DNA of 64,000 nucleotides from Candidatus Micrarchaeota archaeon (lineage in GTDB: Archaea > Micrarchaeota > Micrarchaeia > Norongarragalinales > SBBD01), in contig JAZDGU010000018.1 in the NCBI GenBank assembly GCA_043806595.1, positions 10,284 through 74,283 on the forward strand, read 5' to 3'. The position numbers and the translations under genes were made by a program. Shown here piece after piece: positions 48,213-58,321 of this stretch (position 1 is its first letter; each line of letters starts with the position of its first letter). A model generated the notes under the pieces. The model saw nothing but the letters and a program-made list of their open reading frames with translations, did not search any database and had not been told where the DNA came from.

Positions 48213-48714
48213 AATAGTACCAGAGGGCGTAGAAGGTGACGATGCCGACGACGAGCGAAGCGCGGAAGAGGACGTCGTGCAGGAGCGCAGACCACAAGAG
48301 GTCGCTTGAGGAGAACGCGCGCAGCGTCAGCGCGATGCGGAGCGCGTTGAAGGCGAAGAGGAAGGCCGCGCCGGCGAGGAAGCCCTTGAGCCTGTAGGCG
48401 AGGGGCTTCTCGAAGGAGGCGAAGACGATGCCGAAGAGAACGGCGAGCTCGAGCTTGGCGCTGCAGAGGTCGACGAATTCCGCGGAAAAACCGCCCAGAT
48501 CGAGGACGGGAAAGCCGCCGGAAACGGCGAGCAGGGAGGGGATGCCGAAGAGGAGGCCGAGGAGCTGCTGGCCGGACCACGCCGCGAAGAGGTTGAGCTC
48601 GCGCACGGGCTGGAGCAGGAAAAAAGCGGGCAGGAAGAGCGCTAAGAATAGCGCAATGAATTTAAAGCCGGCCAGCAAAGGATTAATCCCGCGCGGCTTA
48701 TTCGAGCGAGTCAT
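48160..48714 (-). CDS. Archaeosortase/exosortase family protein
   Basis: Multi-TM protein with FVDLCS (Cys), NALRI (Arg), LLHD (His) triad pattern. Confidence 0.75.
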   Translation of the reverse strand: MTRSNKPRGINPLLAGFKFIALFLALFLPAFFLLQPVRELNLFAAWSGQQLLGLLFGIPSLLAVSGGFPVLDLGGFSAEFVDLCSAKLELAVLFGIVFASFEKPLAYRLKGFLAGAAFLFAFNALRIALTLRAFSSSDLLWSALLHDVLFRASLVVGIVTFYALWYYYALPRSKAGRRVRHRRP

Positions 48715-48784
48715 GTGGAACGCTAGGGGTTAAACCCCGCCATAATATAAGCCTTCGGCGGAATAAGGACCGAGTGTATAAGCT

Positions 48785-50143
48785 ATGAGGGGGCACGAAA
48801 AACAGAAAAAGAAGGGCCGCAGTCACTCCGCGGTGTTCGCGGTATGCATCGGCGCGGTCGCGCTCGCGGCGGTCTATTACGTCGCCACTTCCACGCTCAC
48901 GAACTATATTAAGGTGCCCGGGCTGCTCGCCGTGCTCGTGGGAAGCGGGCTGGCCATGCAGAGGGTCGCGGGCCTCGAGGGCTCGTACGGCCTGCTGGTC
49001 TTCCGCGGCGAGCGAGGCTTCCGGGCCATGCGGTACGCAGCGGACAGGTATTCGGGCGCGGCGAGGTCCCTCGCGGACTTCGGGCTGAGCCTCGGGTTCG
49101 GGCTGCTGTATTCGTTCTACCTGTTCGGGAGGAAGGACTTCAAGAAGTTCCTCGCGCACGCGCTGGCGGTGACGGCGTTCTTCGTCATCGTCCAGCCTGG
49201 CGTTGCGAAGAACGTGGGGTTCATGCCGGAGCTCGTGTTCGTCTTCAACCTCGCGTTCGGGCTGCTCGCGTTCGGCGTGCAGAGCCTAGTGATACAGGGG
49301 ACGAAGATCCTGACTTCCAACACCGCCCAGGCCGGGGCGTCGCTCATCATCCCGGGCATAACCATACCATGGGAGGGGCTCATCGCGCTCCTGATCGCGA
49401 TTGTAGTGCACGAGGTCGCGCACGGCATACTGTGCATGGTCGAGAAGCTGGAAGTAAAGAACTCGGGCGCGGTGCTGTTCGGCGTGCTGCCAGTTGCGGC
49501 GTTCGTCGAGCCCGACGAGGAGAAGATGAAGGGCCTCGAGATCCAGAAGAAAAGGAGGATACTCATCGCAGGGATAACATCCAATTTCTTCGTGTTCGTC
49601 GCGTTCCTGCTGATGGCGCAGGTGGCGGCGCTCGGGCTGAACGCGCAGGCCACGCACCCGACGGTGGTCAACGTCCTCGACTCGGGGACCGCGAACGGGA
49701 TACTGCAGGAGAAGGAGATGCTGCTCGCCGTCAACGGAGTTGCTGTAAAGGACGTGGACGCGTTTGCAACCGAGATGAAGAAGGTGTCGGAAGGCGGCAG
49801 GGCAGTGCTTTCCACGTCCCTCGGCGAGAAGGAAGTCGTAGTGGGAAAGGACCACAAGATTGGGATAAACGTCTCCGACCTCCCGCCCGCGGGCGGCTCG
49901 CTGTCCTACGGGATAACGGCATTCCTCTTCATCGTGTTCAACCTCACGGCGCTAATCAACTTCGCGCTCGCCACGATAAACCTGCTGCCCATATTCTTCA
50001 CCGACGGGTACAGGCTGGTCTTCGAGGAGGCGAGGCTCGTCTTCCCGTCCGCTGACGACGTGAAGGCCAAGCGCATCGCGATGGCCGCCGGCGCGGTAAG
50101 CGTGCTGCTCCTCGTGATAAACTTCCTGCCCAACTTCCGCTGA
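48785..50143 (+). CDS. Site-2 protease (M50) with PDZ domain
   Basis: HEVAHG, AFVEPD, AGITSN, NLLPIFFTDG. Confidence 0.92.
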   Translation: MRGHEKQKKKGRSHSAVFAVCIGAVALAAVYYVATSTLTNYIKVPGLLAVLVGSGLAMQRVAGLEGSYGLLVFRGERGFRAMRYAADRYSGAARSLADFGLSLGFGLLYSFYLFGRKDFKKFLAHALAVTAFFVIVQPGVAKNVGFMPELVFVFNLAFGLLAFGVQSLVIQGTKILTSNTAQAGASLIIPGITIPWEGLIALLIAIVVHEVAHGILCMVEKLEVKNSGAVLFGVLPVAAFVEPDEEKMKGLEIQKKRRILIAGITSNFFVFVAFLLMAQVAALGLNAQATHPTVVNVLDSGTANGILQEKEMLLAVNGVAVKDVDAFATEMKKVSEGGRAVLSTSLGEKEVVVGKDHKIGINVSDLPPAGGSLSYGITAFLFIVFNLTALINFALATINLLPIFFTDGYRLVFEEARLVFPSADDVKAKRIAMAAGAVSVLLLVINFLPNFR

Positions 50144-50175
50144 ACTTCTCATCACTCTTTGGACGGAATACCCAA

Positions 50176-50988
50176 TTAGTGCCGGCCGCCATAGCGGGTC
50201 CTGCGGCCCCCGGCCGCATGCACCCGAATGCCGATGCCCTCGCCCTCGAGAAACCGCCGTGCGTGGTCGGAAAGGCCCCCGCCGAGCACCAATTCATGTA
50301 GCGTGGCGCGCCCCCGCGGCGTGTAATACACTACCTGACCGTGCTCGCTGTCGTTCACAAAAACCGCGCGCCTGTTCTTGAAGTAAACCGGGATGACCGT
50401 GGAAGGATTCAGATCGGACGACGGAACTACGGAAAAGGATTGGTCGCGGTCCGAGGGAAGGACAATGTCCTCGCAAACCCGGCCCTCGAACTCGCGGTCG
50501 GAGACGCTGATGCGGATGAAGGGCTTCGAACGCATCCGGTTACCCCGACGCTCCCAGTGAGAAACGGCCTTGCCCAAAACCCCCGGCGTCGACGGGAGCG
50601 AATCGTAGACAGGGCTTCTGTCCGCGTCAGCGAACCTGCGTTTGGGCTGCATGCCAATGCCATGGGGGGACACTGCGTAGAGAACGGAGGAAAGGGCGGG
50701 AAAACGGCCGTGGGAAGGCTGCGGTTTGGAGAAGCGCTCGCGGAGAACGAAGAACGCGTGCGCATCACCGTGCGAGCGCAGCACCGACTGGATGCGGGCA
50801 ACCCCGGTTTTTGCCAGGGAATGCGGCATCCGGTGGCGCAAGCCGAGCGCGTCCTCGGAAAGGACGAACACGTGGGACTGGGCGAGTGCAAGCGAAGGCA
50901 GCGTCCTTTCCAAAAAGCGCTGGAAAGAGCGGAGGTTGGGGAAATTTCCGCTTACAAGGTGAACGACAACCGGCGGCTCAGCAGACAT
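50176..50988 (-). CDS. Divergent carbon-nitrogen hydrolase (nitrilase-fold) protein
   Basis: VFVLSE...QPKRR...GRVCEDI in the order of the Glu-Lys-Cys triad. Confidence 0.5.
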   Translation of the reverse strand: MSAEPPVVVHLVSGNFPNLRSFQRFLERTLPSLALAQSHVFVLSEDALGLRHRMPHSLAKTGVARIQSVLRSHGDAHAFFVLRERFSKPQPSHGRFPALSSVLYAVSPHGIGMQPKRRFADADRSPVYDSLPSTPGVLGKAVSHWERRGNRMRSKPFIRISVSDREFEGRVCEDIVLPSDRDQSFSVVPSSDLNPSTVIPVYFKNRRAVFVNDSEHGQVVYYTPRGRATLHELVLGGGLSDHARRFLEGEGIGIRVHAAGGRRTRYGGRH

Positions 50989-50992
50989 GGAA

Positions 50993-52015
50993 TCACGCGA
51001 ACTCGACGAGCGCCTGCGCCTGTTGCGAGGAGATTTCCTCCAGCGGGTGCGCGTTGAAGCCCCGGCGGCGCAGCTCCTTGGCGAACAAGCGGTTGTAGCC
51101 GAACGCGCAGACCACGCGCGAGGGCCGCGCGAGCTCGACGTATTCGACGAGGTCCGAGAAGCCGGCATGGTCGGAAAGGCAGAACGCGGCGTGCGCCTGG
51201 GGCGTGCGGCCGACGAGGCTCCAGCCCGAGGCGACGCCGACGCTTACCCCGCGGCCGTAGAACTCGGAAAGCGACTGGGCGAGCGGCAGGTTCACCTTCT
51301 GGTAGGGGTAGACGGCGACGAACTGGCGCTTGAGCATCCCGCTGCCTTCCGCGGAGTTCTCGCCGACGAAGCGAAGCGGAACGCCGTGGCGGCGGTAGAC
51401 TTCGGAAATCTTGCCGACGCTGGAATCGACGACGGGCGTGATGCCGTTGTAGTCGTTGAGCAGCCTGACGAGCTCCTGCGCCTTGCCGAGGGAATAGCCG
51501 CCGAGAATGACGGAATTGCCTCGCTTGAACTCGCCGGAGACCCATGAGGAGATTTCCTCCGCGACCGTGTCGGCAGAAGGGAACTCGAACTGGGGCATGC
51601 CGTATGTGCACTCCATGAGGAGAGTGTCGCACTCACGGACCTCGGCGCCCTTCTGTGTAAGGGAGTCGCGGAGCTTGAAGTCGCCGGTGAAGACGAAGGA
51701 GGAGCCGTTCTCTATATAGAGCTGGCGCGAGCCGAGGATGTGGCCCGCGTTGAGAAGCTCTACCTTGGCGGAATCGTGTTTGACGGTGGAGACTACTGCG
51801 GCGGATTTCGGGGCGCAGCCGCGGGCGTGCATTAGGTCGAGGGTCTCCCATGAGGCGAGGAGCGTCTTCGTTTTCCTGGCGCCGGAGACGTGGTCGGAGT
51901 GGGCGTGGGAGACGAACGCGGTCTCGCCGCCGCAGTCGAGGCCGATGCGGTGCCGGCCGAGGCGGAAGTAGGGACGGTTGGACTCCGCGGCGAGCATGAG
52001 GCAGTTACGCGGCAC
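50993..52015 (-). CDS. MBL-fold/beta-CASP nuclease
   Basis: SHAHSDH, AGHILGS, TGDF, MECTYG, YSLGKAQE, LSDHA. Confidence 0.9.
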   Translation of the reverse strand: MPRNCLMLAAESNRPYFRLGRHRIGLDCGGETAFVSHAHSDHVSGARKTKTLLASWETLDLMHARGCAPKSAAVVSTVKHDSAKVELLNAGHILGSRQLYIENGSSFVFTGDFKLRDSLTQKGAEVRECDTLLMECTYGMPQFEFPSADTVAEEISSWVSGEFKRGNSVILGGYSLGKAQELVRLLNDYNGITPVVDSSVGKISEVYRRHGVPLRFVGENSAEGSGMLKRQFVAVYPYQKVNLPLAQSLSEFYGRGVSVGVASGWSLVGRTPQAHAAFCLSDHAGFSDLVEYVELARPSRVVCAFGYNRLFAKELRRRGFNAHPLEEISSQQAQALVEFA

Positions 52016-52059
52016 TGGTTAAAAAACGTGACGAATCGGCGGGGTAAAGAATGGGCCGA

Positions 52060-52446
52060 TCACTCAACCGCGTCCCTGAGTTTCTCCGCGACGTCCTCCT
52101 TGAAACCCGTGATGGTCACCACGTGTTCCCGGCCGCGGTCCATCTTGTAGGAAACGTTCAAAGGCTTTCTTCTGCGCGCGAGCTTGCGGGCGATGTCCGG
52201 ATGCGTCAAGGCGGTGCGCAATGAATTGAAGTGGGATTCAACCATATGGGAATAGGGGATTTCGGATGATTGGAAACGAAGGACTAGACTGCCGGGCTCC
52301 GCGCGCCAATTGCTGAAACCGCCGTGCCTCTGCAAGCGGGAGATGAACGCGTCGCGGTGGAACAGTCGGAGGGCGCGTGCGGCGTTGGAAAAAGAAGCTT
52401 GCTCCTCCAAGGGGCGAGTGAGGCGGAGGCGGGGAAGGCGGACCAT
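52060..52446 (-). CDS. Hypothetical protein
   Basis: ATG-started 128-aa ORF filling the gap; the longer track ORF is antisense to the next gene. Confidence 0.45.
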   Translation of the reverse strand: MVRLPRLRLTRPLEEQASFSNAARALRLFHRDAFISRLQRHGGFSNWRAEPGSLVLRFQSSEIPYSHMVESHFNSLRTALTHPDIARKLARRRKPLNVSYKMDRGREHVVTITGFKEDVAEKLRDAVE

Positions 52447-52498
52447 GGGAAGAAAAAGGGGAAGAAGATTAAAAAGGCTGGGATGAGAATAGGAGGGC

Positions 52499-53374
52499 AT
52501 GGTACTCGAGGCGATGGTGACGCCGGGCAAGGCCGAGAAGAACCCGCTGTTCATCATCCTGCTGGGGTTCCTGTTCGTGACGGTGAGCGTCTGGCTCTCG
52601 ATGAACGTGCTCGACATAGAGCCCAAGAGCATGATAATGATCATGTTCGTCGTCATCCCCGCGCTGCCGTTCACGCTGTCGCTGTTCCAGGAGGACGAGG
52701 AGATTCTGGAGCACGAGAAGGTGCTCGGCAGTAGGACGCTCGCGAAGCACTTCTCGACGCTCATCGTACTGCTCGCGCTCTTCCTCGGGCTGATAATCGG
52801 GTTCGCGTTCTGGTATCTCGCGCTGCCGGCGCCCGAGGCCGAGAAGCTGTTCAGCCAGCAGATTAGCGAGCTGAAGGGCATTAAGGCCATCGGGGGGACG
52901 CTCGGAGGCAGGGTAATCGCGCTCGTTGAGAGGTCCACGGGGCTCGCGGTCTCGACGAGCTTCGCGCCGACGTTCGAGTTCATCTTCATGCACAACCTGT
53001 GGGTGCTGTTCCTCATCATCGCGTTCTCCGTGGTGTACGGAGCGGGGTCGATATTCGTAATCGTGTGGAACGCGAGCGTCGTCGGGGTGTTCCTCGGCAA
53101 CTTCGCCCAGCAGTACGTGCTGCACTCGACGGCCTACAACCTCGCCGGCGGCGTCGGCCTCGGAATACTCGGGCTGCTGCCGCACGGCACGTTCGAGCTG
53201 ATGAGCTACAGCGTGGGGGCGCTCGCGGGAGGAGTGCTGAGCACCGCGCTCGTCAAGGGCAACTTCAGCTACAGGTTCATGGAGATCCTGCGCGACATCG
53301 CGAAGATGATCGCGTGGGCGGTGGTGCTGCTCGCCATCGGGGCGCTTATAGAGAGCAAGGCCATCATTTTCTAG
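52499..53374 (+). CDS. SpoIIM-family membrane protein
   Basis: IFMHNL, VWNASVVG, LLPHGTFEL, GALIES. Confidence 0.85.
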   Translation: MVLEAMVTPGKAEKNPLFIILLGFLFVTVSVWLSMNVLDIEPKSMIMIMFVVIPALPFTLSLFQEDEEILEHEKVLGSRTLAKHFSTLIVLLALFLGLIIGFAFWYLALPAPEAEKLFSQQISELKGIKAIGGTLGGRVIALVERSTGLAVSTSFAPTFEFIFMHNLWVLFLIIAFSVVYGAGSIFVIVWNASVVGVFLGNFAQQYVLHSTAYNLAGGVGLGILGLLPHGTFELMSYSVGALAGGVLSTALVKGNFSYRFMEILRDIAKMIAWAVVLLAIGALIESKAIIF

Positions 53375-53450
53375 CGCCGGCGGGGGGGGGAATAAGAAAT
53401 ACTTTTAAAGGCGCGCGCAGACAACCATTTCGAGTTTCGGGGGAGCAGAC

Positions 53451-54137
53451 ATGAGACTGAAGAGCCTGGCCATAATTCCGGACGGCAACAGGCGGTTCGC
53501 GGCAAAGAACGGGCTGGCGGTGCGAAAGGCCTACGCGCGCGGATTCGAGAAGGTGCAGGAGGTCCTAAACTGGACTGAAGGAACGGGCATCGAGGAGGTC
53601 AGCTTCTGGGCGCTCTCGCTCGAGAACTACGGGAAGCGCAGCTCCGCCGAACTCCGCGTGCTGTTCTCGTTCATTTCCAAGTACATCGACAAGGCGCTCC
53701 AGCGCGGCGAATTTAAGAATAAGGGAATCGCCGTGCGGTTCTTCGGAAAGCTCGACCTCCTGCCTGAGTCTCTGCGCGAGAAGATGCGCGGGCTCGAGGC
53801 GGAGACTTCGGCGGGCACGCGAGCGATGAGCGTGGGACTGGCCTACTCGGGCAGGGAGGAGCTGCTGCAGGCCGCCAAGAGGGTGGCCGTGGACTTCAGC
53901 GGGAAGGACGCCAGCGGGATTACGGAGAGCGACTTCGAGAGGTACCTGTACGTGAGGACCGCGCCCGACCTCATCATCCGCACGGGGGACGTTTCGAGGC
54001 TGTCAGGGTTCATGCCGTGGCAGACCGCGTATTCGGAACTCTACTTCTGCAGCAGGCTCTGGCCGGAATTCCGGGAAGAAGACTTCAAGGACGCGCTGAA
54101 ATTCTACGAATCAACGGAACGAAGGTTCGGGAAGTAG
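53451..54137 (+). CDS. uppS: cis-prenyltransferase (UppS)
   Basis: IIPDGNRRFA, ALSLEN, YSGREE, DLIIRTG, RLSGF, WPEF, RRFGK. Confidence 0.95.
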   Translation: MRLKSLAIIPDGNRRFAAKNGLAVRKAYARGFEKVQEVLNWTEGTGIEEVSFWALSLENYGKRSSAELRVLFSFISKYIDKALQRGEFKNKGIAVRFFGKLDLLPESLREKMRGLEAETSAGTRAMSVGLAYSGREELLQAAKRVAVDFSGKDASGITESDFERYLYVRTAPDLIIRTGDVSRLSGFMPWQTAYSELYFCSRLWPEFREEDFKDALKFYESTERRFGK

Positions 54138-54192
54138 CGGGCAGCGAAACCGGGGAGACGCGGTAGTATTCGTTTATGTGCAAGTGATTGCC

Positions 54193-55152
54193 ATGGAGGA
54201 AACCAGCGCTGGGGAAAAAACCGCGGCAAGCCGTGCGGAAGAGGTCCCTTGGAACGTCGGCGGCATCGAAGAGGAGGAGCTCAAGGCGCTACAGAAGGCC
54301 TCGAGGATTTCGAAGAGAATAATAAAATTCGCGCGCGAGGTCGCGGACAAGGAGAAGTCCCTGCTCCGCATGGCCGACCTCATCGAGGGAAAGGTCAAGG
54401 AGGAGGGCGGGGAATGCGCGTTCCCGGCAAACCTGTCGCTCGCCGACGAGGCCGCGCACTACACTCCACAGGCCGACGACCCGGCGCTCGCGGGGGAGAA
54501 GGGGCTGCTGAAGGTGGACCTAGGGGTGTCCGTCGGGGGGTTCTGCACGGACTTCGCGTTCACCAAGGACTATTCTCACGAGAACGGGAAGATGGTGGAC
54601 GCAGTCGAGGAGGCGCTGCAGAACGCGCTGAGCATGATGAAGGCCGGGACGCAGACTTCCGCCGTCGGCAAGGAAATCGAGAGGACAATCAAGGGCTACG
54701 GGTTCACGCCCATCGAAAACCTGTGCGGGCACTCGCTCGGGCAATACGACCTGCACGCCGGGGTTGAAATCCCGAACGTCGAGACCAAGGGCGGGTACGA
54801 GCTGCAGGAGGGAGACGTGTTCGCCGTCGAGCCGTTCGCAAGCACGGGGGAAGGAAGGGTCGCGGAAGGCGAATACTGCCAGATTTACGCGCTCGCCGGC
54901 GAGAAAACTGCAGTCAGACTGCCGCGCAGCAGGGAACTAGTGGCCAAGATCGCCGAAGACCGGCTGACGCTGCCTTTCGCGGCGCGCTGGTACAAGGACT
55001 TCCCCATGCTCAACCTGAGCCTTCTGGACCTGGTGAAGAACGGCGCGCTCGAGGAGTTCCCGGTGCTCAAGGAGGCAAGGAAGGGCGCGCTTGTGAGCCA
55101 GGCGGAGACGTGCGTCATAATCGAGAAGGACTCCGTCAAAGTGCTGGTCTGA
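54193..55152 (+). CDS. map: Methionine aminopeptidase type II
   Basis: AFPAN, AAHYTP, KVDLG, DFAFT, NLCGH, AVEPF, SQAE. Confidence 0.95.
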   Translation: MEETSAGEKTAASRAEEVPWNVGGIEEEELKALQKASRISKRIIKFAREVADKEKSLLRMADLIEGKVKEEGGECAFPANLSLADEAAHYTPQADDPALAGEKGLLKVDLGVSVGGFCTDFAFTKDYSHENGKMVDAVEEALQNALSMMKAGTQTSAVGKEIERTIKGYGFTPIENLCGHSLGQYDLHAGVEIPNVETKGGYELQEGDVFAVEPFASTGEGRVAEGEYCQIYALAGEKTAVRLPRSRELVAKIAEDRLTLPFAARWYKDFPMLNLSLLDLVKNGALEEFPVLKEARKGALVSQAETCVIIEKDSVKVLV

Positions 55153-55181
55153 AATACGCCAAAATTCGGGGCGGCCAGCGG

Positions 55182-55937
55182 TCAGATTCCCCAGCCATTG
55201 GAAATCTTCGGGAGGGAGAGAACGAAAAGCGAGGCGAGGAACAGCACGACCGAAAGGCCTGCAGCCAAGGCCAGCCGGGCCCTCGAGGCGGCCGCACGCT
55301 TGGCGAAGGCGGCAAGCTGGAGCGCGAACACCGAACCCGTGACTAAGAGAAGGAGGTAGCCGGCGGCGTTGCGGAGCTGCTCGGGACGGATCAAAAGGAA
55401 ATGCATTACCGCCAGGATCCACGAGAAGTACACCGTGCGGTGGAGGAGCTTCCAGTGCTTGAACCTCAACTTCCGCATCGCCCAATCCGTGGAAGAAAGG
55501 GCAAGAGGAAAGGCAAGCCAGTAAGCAAAAACCCCGAACGCGATGGCGCTCTGGAAGGGGTTTAGGTTGGAATACGCTTTCACGAAGTCGCCGCCGAACC
55601 TGAAGGAGACGACCGCGAAAGAGTGCGCGGCTACCATGAGAAAGCCCGCGACGCCAAGCGTCCGCCGGAAGCGCGTGAAGTCCAACCGCGGCACAAGCGC
55701 CTGCAGCGGGCCCGTGGACAGCGCCAAGCCAATGAGGAGCGCGCCTCCAATGGAGGAAGCGCGGATGAAGGAATCCAGGAAGCTTCCCTGGGAGACGAAG
55801 AAATACTGGAAGCCGAAGAAAGCGAGCCAGTAGGCCAGCAGGAGGGCGCAAGACTTCAGGATATAGCCCTTCTTTCGGTCCAATTCCGTCAACAGGCCCC
55901 TGCCCTCGGGCTCGACCGCAGGTTGCAGTTCAGGCAT
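55182..55937 (-). CDS. Ferric reductase-like heme-binding membrane protein (MsrQ-like)
   Basis: RRTLGV...AAHS, LALSS, WKLLHRTVY...VMHF. Confidence 0.85.
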   Translation of the reverse strand: MPELQPAVEPEGRGLLTELDRKKGYILKSCALLLAYWLAFFGFQYFFVSQGSFLDSFIRASSIGGALLIGLALSTGPLQALVPRLDFTRFRRTLGVAGFLMVAAHSFAVVSFRFGGDFVKAYSNLNPFQSAIAFGVFAYWLAFPLALSSTDWAMRKLRFKHWKLLHRTVYFSWILAVMHFLLIRPEQLRNAAGYLLLLVTGSVFALQLAAFAKRAAASRARLALAAGLSVVLFLASLFVLSLPKISNGWGI

Positions 55938-56251
55938 ATGATTCTCCCCCCCCTCCTTCCCAGTTTTTTAAAAAGTGAAGCGGGGGGTATTTATAATGAC
56001 GGTTTAATGGCTCCAGACAAATTGTCGCGTCACGTGACGCACTACGGATTCTTGGCAGGCAGAGCACGCACATAGCCAATCAACGAACTCCCGGGAAGCC
56101 CCTTGCCGGCCTACAATATTCCGAGCCAGCGGAAGGCCCCGATTGCCTGCAGCCCCTACCTGCAGGCGGGGAACGACAATACACTAATAGAATGTTACCA
56201 CCGGCAAGTTTATATATCTGGACTGCGTATATTAGTGAGGGGAGACCAAGA

Positions 56252-56629
56252 ATGCCTAACGTCACAGTCAGTCAGCTGAAGCGCATCGCCCCGTCTCTGG
56301 GGCACGAGCATGGCGTGCGCGACAAGAACTACCAGATGGTGCCGATGTTCCTTCCGACCGATGTCACCTCCAAGGGCGGCAAGGGCGTCATCAAGGTCGT
56401 CACCAGGCAGGGTTTCATGAACGAGGGAATCTCCGACTGGGTCATGATGAACACCACAAGGGGCATGACCATGCTACTGGCCATAGTCGCGCTCATGCTG
56501 TTCCCCGTAAACATTTACCTTGCGGCGCTCGCCGGAATCGGGGCGGGCTACGCGTACGGCAAGTACCGGTTCAAGGAGTGGCTCATCAAGGAGGAGTACA
56601 GGCACAGGTGGATGCTCGAGGGCACCTAG
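56252..56629 (+). CDS. Unknown membrane-hairpin protein A (paralog of D)
   Basis: QMVPMFLP and NIYLAALAGIGAGY; TTTATATA promoter at ~56208 and GAGGGG upstream. Confidence 0.8.
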   Translation: MPNVTVSQLKRIAPSLGHEHGVRDKNYQMVPMFLPTDVTSKGGKGVIKVVTRQGFMNEGISDWVMMNTTRGMTMLLAIVALMLFPVNIYLAALAGIGAGYAYGKYRFKEWLIKEEYRHRWMLEGT

Positions 56630-56640
56630 GGTAGAAAAAA

Positions 56641-57024
56641 ATGACTCAAACCCCGGACCATGTGGACACGCGGGACGCGGAAGTGCTAGGCCTGCTCAGC
56701 GGCGAGAAGTACAAGGACAAGGAGATGACCGTGCCGATGAAGACGATGGCCTACGTCGGCGTCGACCCCAAGGTCAGGGCCAACATGCGCGCGAGCAACA
56801 GGTGGGACTACCTCTCGGAATACGCCGGCTACTGGATCGACAACAAGAGGTTCACGATTTTCTCCGTGGCGCTGCTCGTCGCCGGGTTTTTGCTGCTCAA
56901 CGTGTTCGCTCCCGTGGCGCTGCTCATGATCATTCTCGGCGCGAAGTACAGGAACGTCGCATGGATGGACAATTTCATCTACTCCAAGTTCGGGCGCTAC
57001 AGGACGCTCGTGCTCGTGGACTAG
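56641..57024 (+). CDS. Unknown membrane-hairpin protein B (paralog of E)
   Basis: SNRWDYLSEY..YW.D..RF then TM hairpin. Confidence 0.8.
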   Translation: MTQTPDHVDTRDAEVLGLLSGEKYKDKEMTVPMKTMAYVGVDPKVRANMRASNRWDYLSEYAGYWIDNKRFTIFSVALLVAGFLLLNVFAPVALLMIILGAKYRNVAWMDNFIYSKFGRYRTLVLVD

Positions 57025-57036
57025 GGGATGCAACAA

Positions 57037-57336
57037 ATGGCGAAATTCAGGCTCGGGCTGTTCCCCGAGGAGTACAGGACGTGGGGCTTCGGAAGCGCCC
57101 CGAGCAGGACCACCGACGGCTCGGAGCACCACGCCAAGCCCATCCGCAACAGCTCGTGGATCGTGCAGGCGATGAGCCTCGTCGAGGACTTCACGCCCAT
57201 CAAGCCCGTCATGGGCGCCAACGTCAACAGCTTCGAGGACGGCATGATGCGCGCGACGCTCTTCGGCCTCAACCAGAGGCAGGTGTTCCTGCTCATCATA
57301 ATCGGGCTGGTCTACGCGTTGATGTTCCAAGTGTGA
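57037..57336 (+). CDS. Unknown tail-anchored membrane protein C
   Basis: Single C-terminal TM; tight operon spacing. Confidence 0.75.
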   Translation: MAKFRLGLFPEEYRTWGFGSAPSRTTDGSEHHAKPIRNSSWIVQAMSLVEDFTPIKPVMGANVNSFEDGMMRATLFGLNQRQVFLLIIIGLVYALMFQV

Positions 57337-57343
57337 TGAATGG

Positions 57344-57943
57344 ATGAAGGCATACAAGACCAACAGTCTCAGGGAAATACGGCGGCTGGCCGGCAGCGGC
57401 AGCCACGGCCACGGCGCTCACGACGGCCACGCGCACGGCCCGCACGCGCCGCCCGACCTCGACGTGCGCTGGAAGAAGGGCGAGTATCACGACTGGCACG
57501 GCCACGACCCCGAGCCCAAGCCCCCGCACCTCGAGGGCGAGAACCCGGCGCTCGACTTCTACAACCGCCCGTGGAGCACGCAGGCCGCGGACGTCATGAA
57601 GGAAAGCGAGGGCATGAAGATGCTGCCCATGTACCTGCCGGTGTCCTCGACTGACAGGTTCGCCGACGGCAAGCCCGCCTCGCCGCAGATCCTGCTAAGC
57701 AGGCGCGACCTCATGGACGGCGTGCTGGACGAGAACTACAAGAACGGCAACCCCGCGAGCATCTACAAGGCGTACTTCATGGCCTGGCTCTGCCTCGGGC
57801 TAGCCATACTGGCCATGGGCTTCAACATTTACGTTGCCGCAGTATTCGCCTACCTCGCGGGCTACTACTGGAGCGAGAAGGAGCTCAACATCGCATGGTC
57901 CGTACAGTGGTGGAAGACGAAGGCGCTCACGTTCACGGCATAA
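57344..57943 (+). CDS. Unknown membrane-hairpin protein D with His-rich N-terminus
   Basis: HGHGAHDGHAHGPH; KMLPMYLP; NIYVAAVFAYLAGY. Confidence 0.8.
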   Translation: MKAYKTNSLREIRRLAGSGSHGHGAHDGHAHGPHAPPDLDVRWKKGEYHDWHGHDPEPKPPHLEGENPALDFYNRPWSTQAADVMKESEGMKMLPMYLPVSSTDRFADGKPASPQILLSRRDLMDGVLDENYKNGNPASIYKAYFMAWLCLGLAILAMGFNIYVAAVFAYLAGYYWSEKELNIAWSVQWWKTKALTFTA

Positions 57944-57956
57944 GGGGTGAAAAAGC

Positions 57957-58304
57957 ATGGAACACGCATACGAAGAGAACAGGCACGTGCACCAGACCGC
58001 ACCCTACAGCTCAATCGAGCAGATGCCGGGAGTGCAGATGTCCAGCGTCCTCACGGACGCGAAGAAGCCCTTCCTGCACACGAGCACTCGTTGGGACTAC
58101 ATCAGCAAGTACTTCGACATCTGGAAGGACAGCGTGCGCTTCCGCGCGTATGCGCTTGCCTGCCTCGGGCTCGGCCTATACCTGCTCTTCACCATACCCA
58201 TCATGGGCGTGGTCGCGCTCGCGGGCGCCGCCTACTACTGGGAGCTCGTCAAGTTCCGCCGGCACAGGCTCGAAAGCGAGAGGTCGGTGATGATCGGGCA
58301 CTAG
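57957..58304 (+). CDS. Unknown membrane-hairpin protein E
   Basis: STRWDYISKY..IW.D..RF then TM hairpin. Confidence 0.8.
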   Translation: MEHAYEENRHVHQTAPYSSIEQMPGVQMSSVLTDAKKPFLHTSTRWDYISKYFDIWKDSVRFRAYALACLGLGLYLLFTIPIMGVVALAGAAYYWELVKFRRHRLESERSVMIGH

Positions 58305-58321
58305 GGGAAACGACGAAAAAG

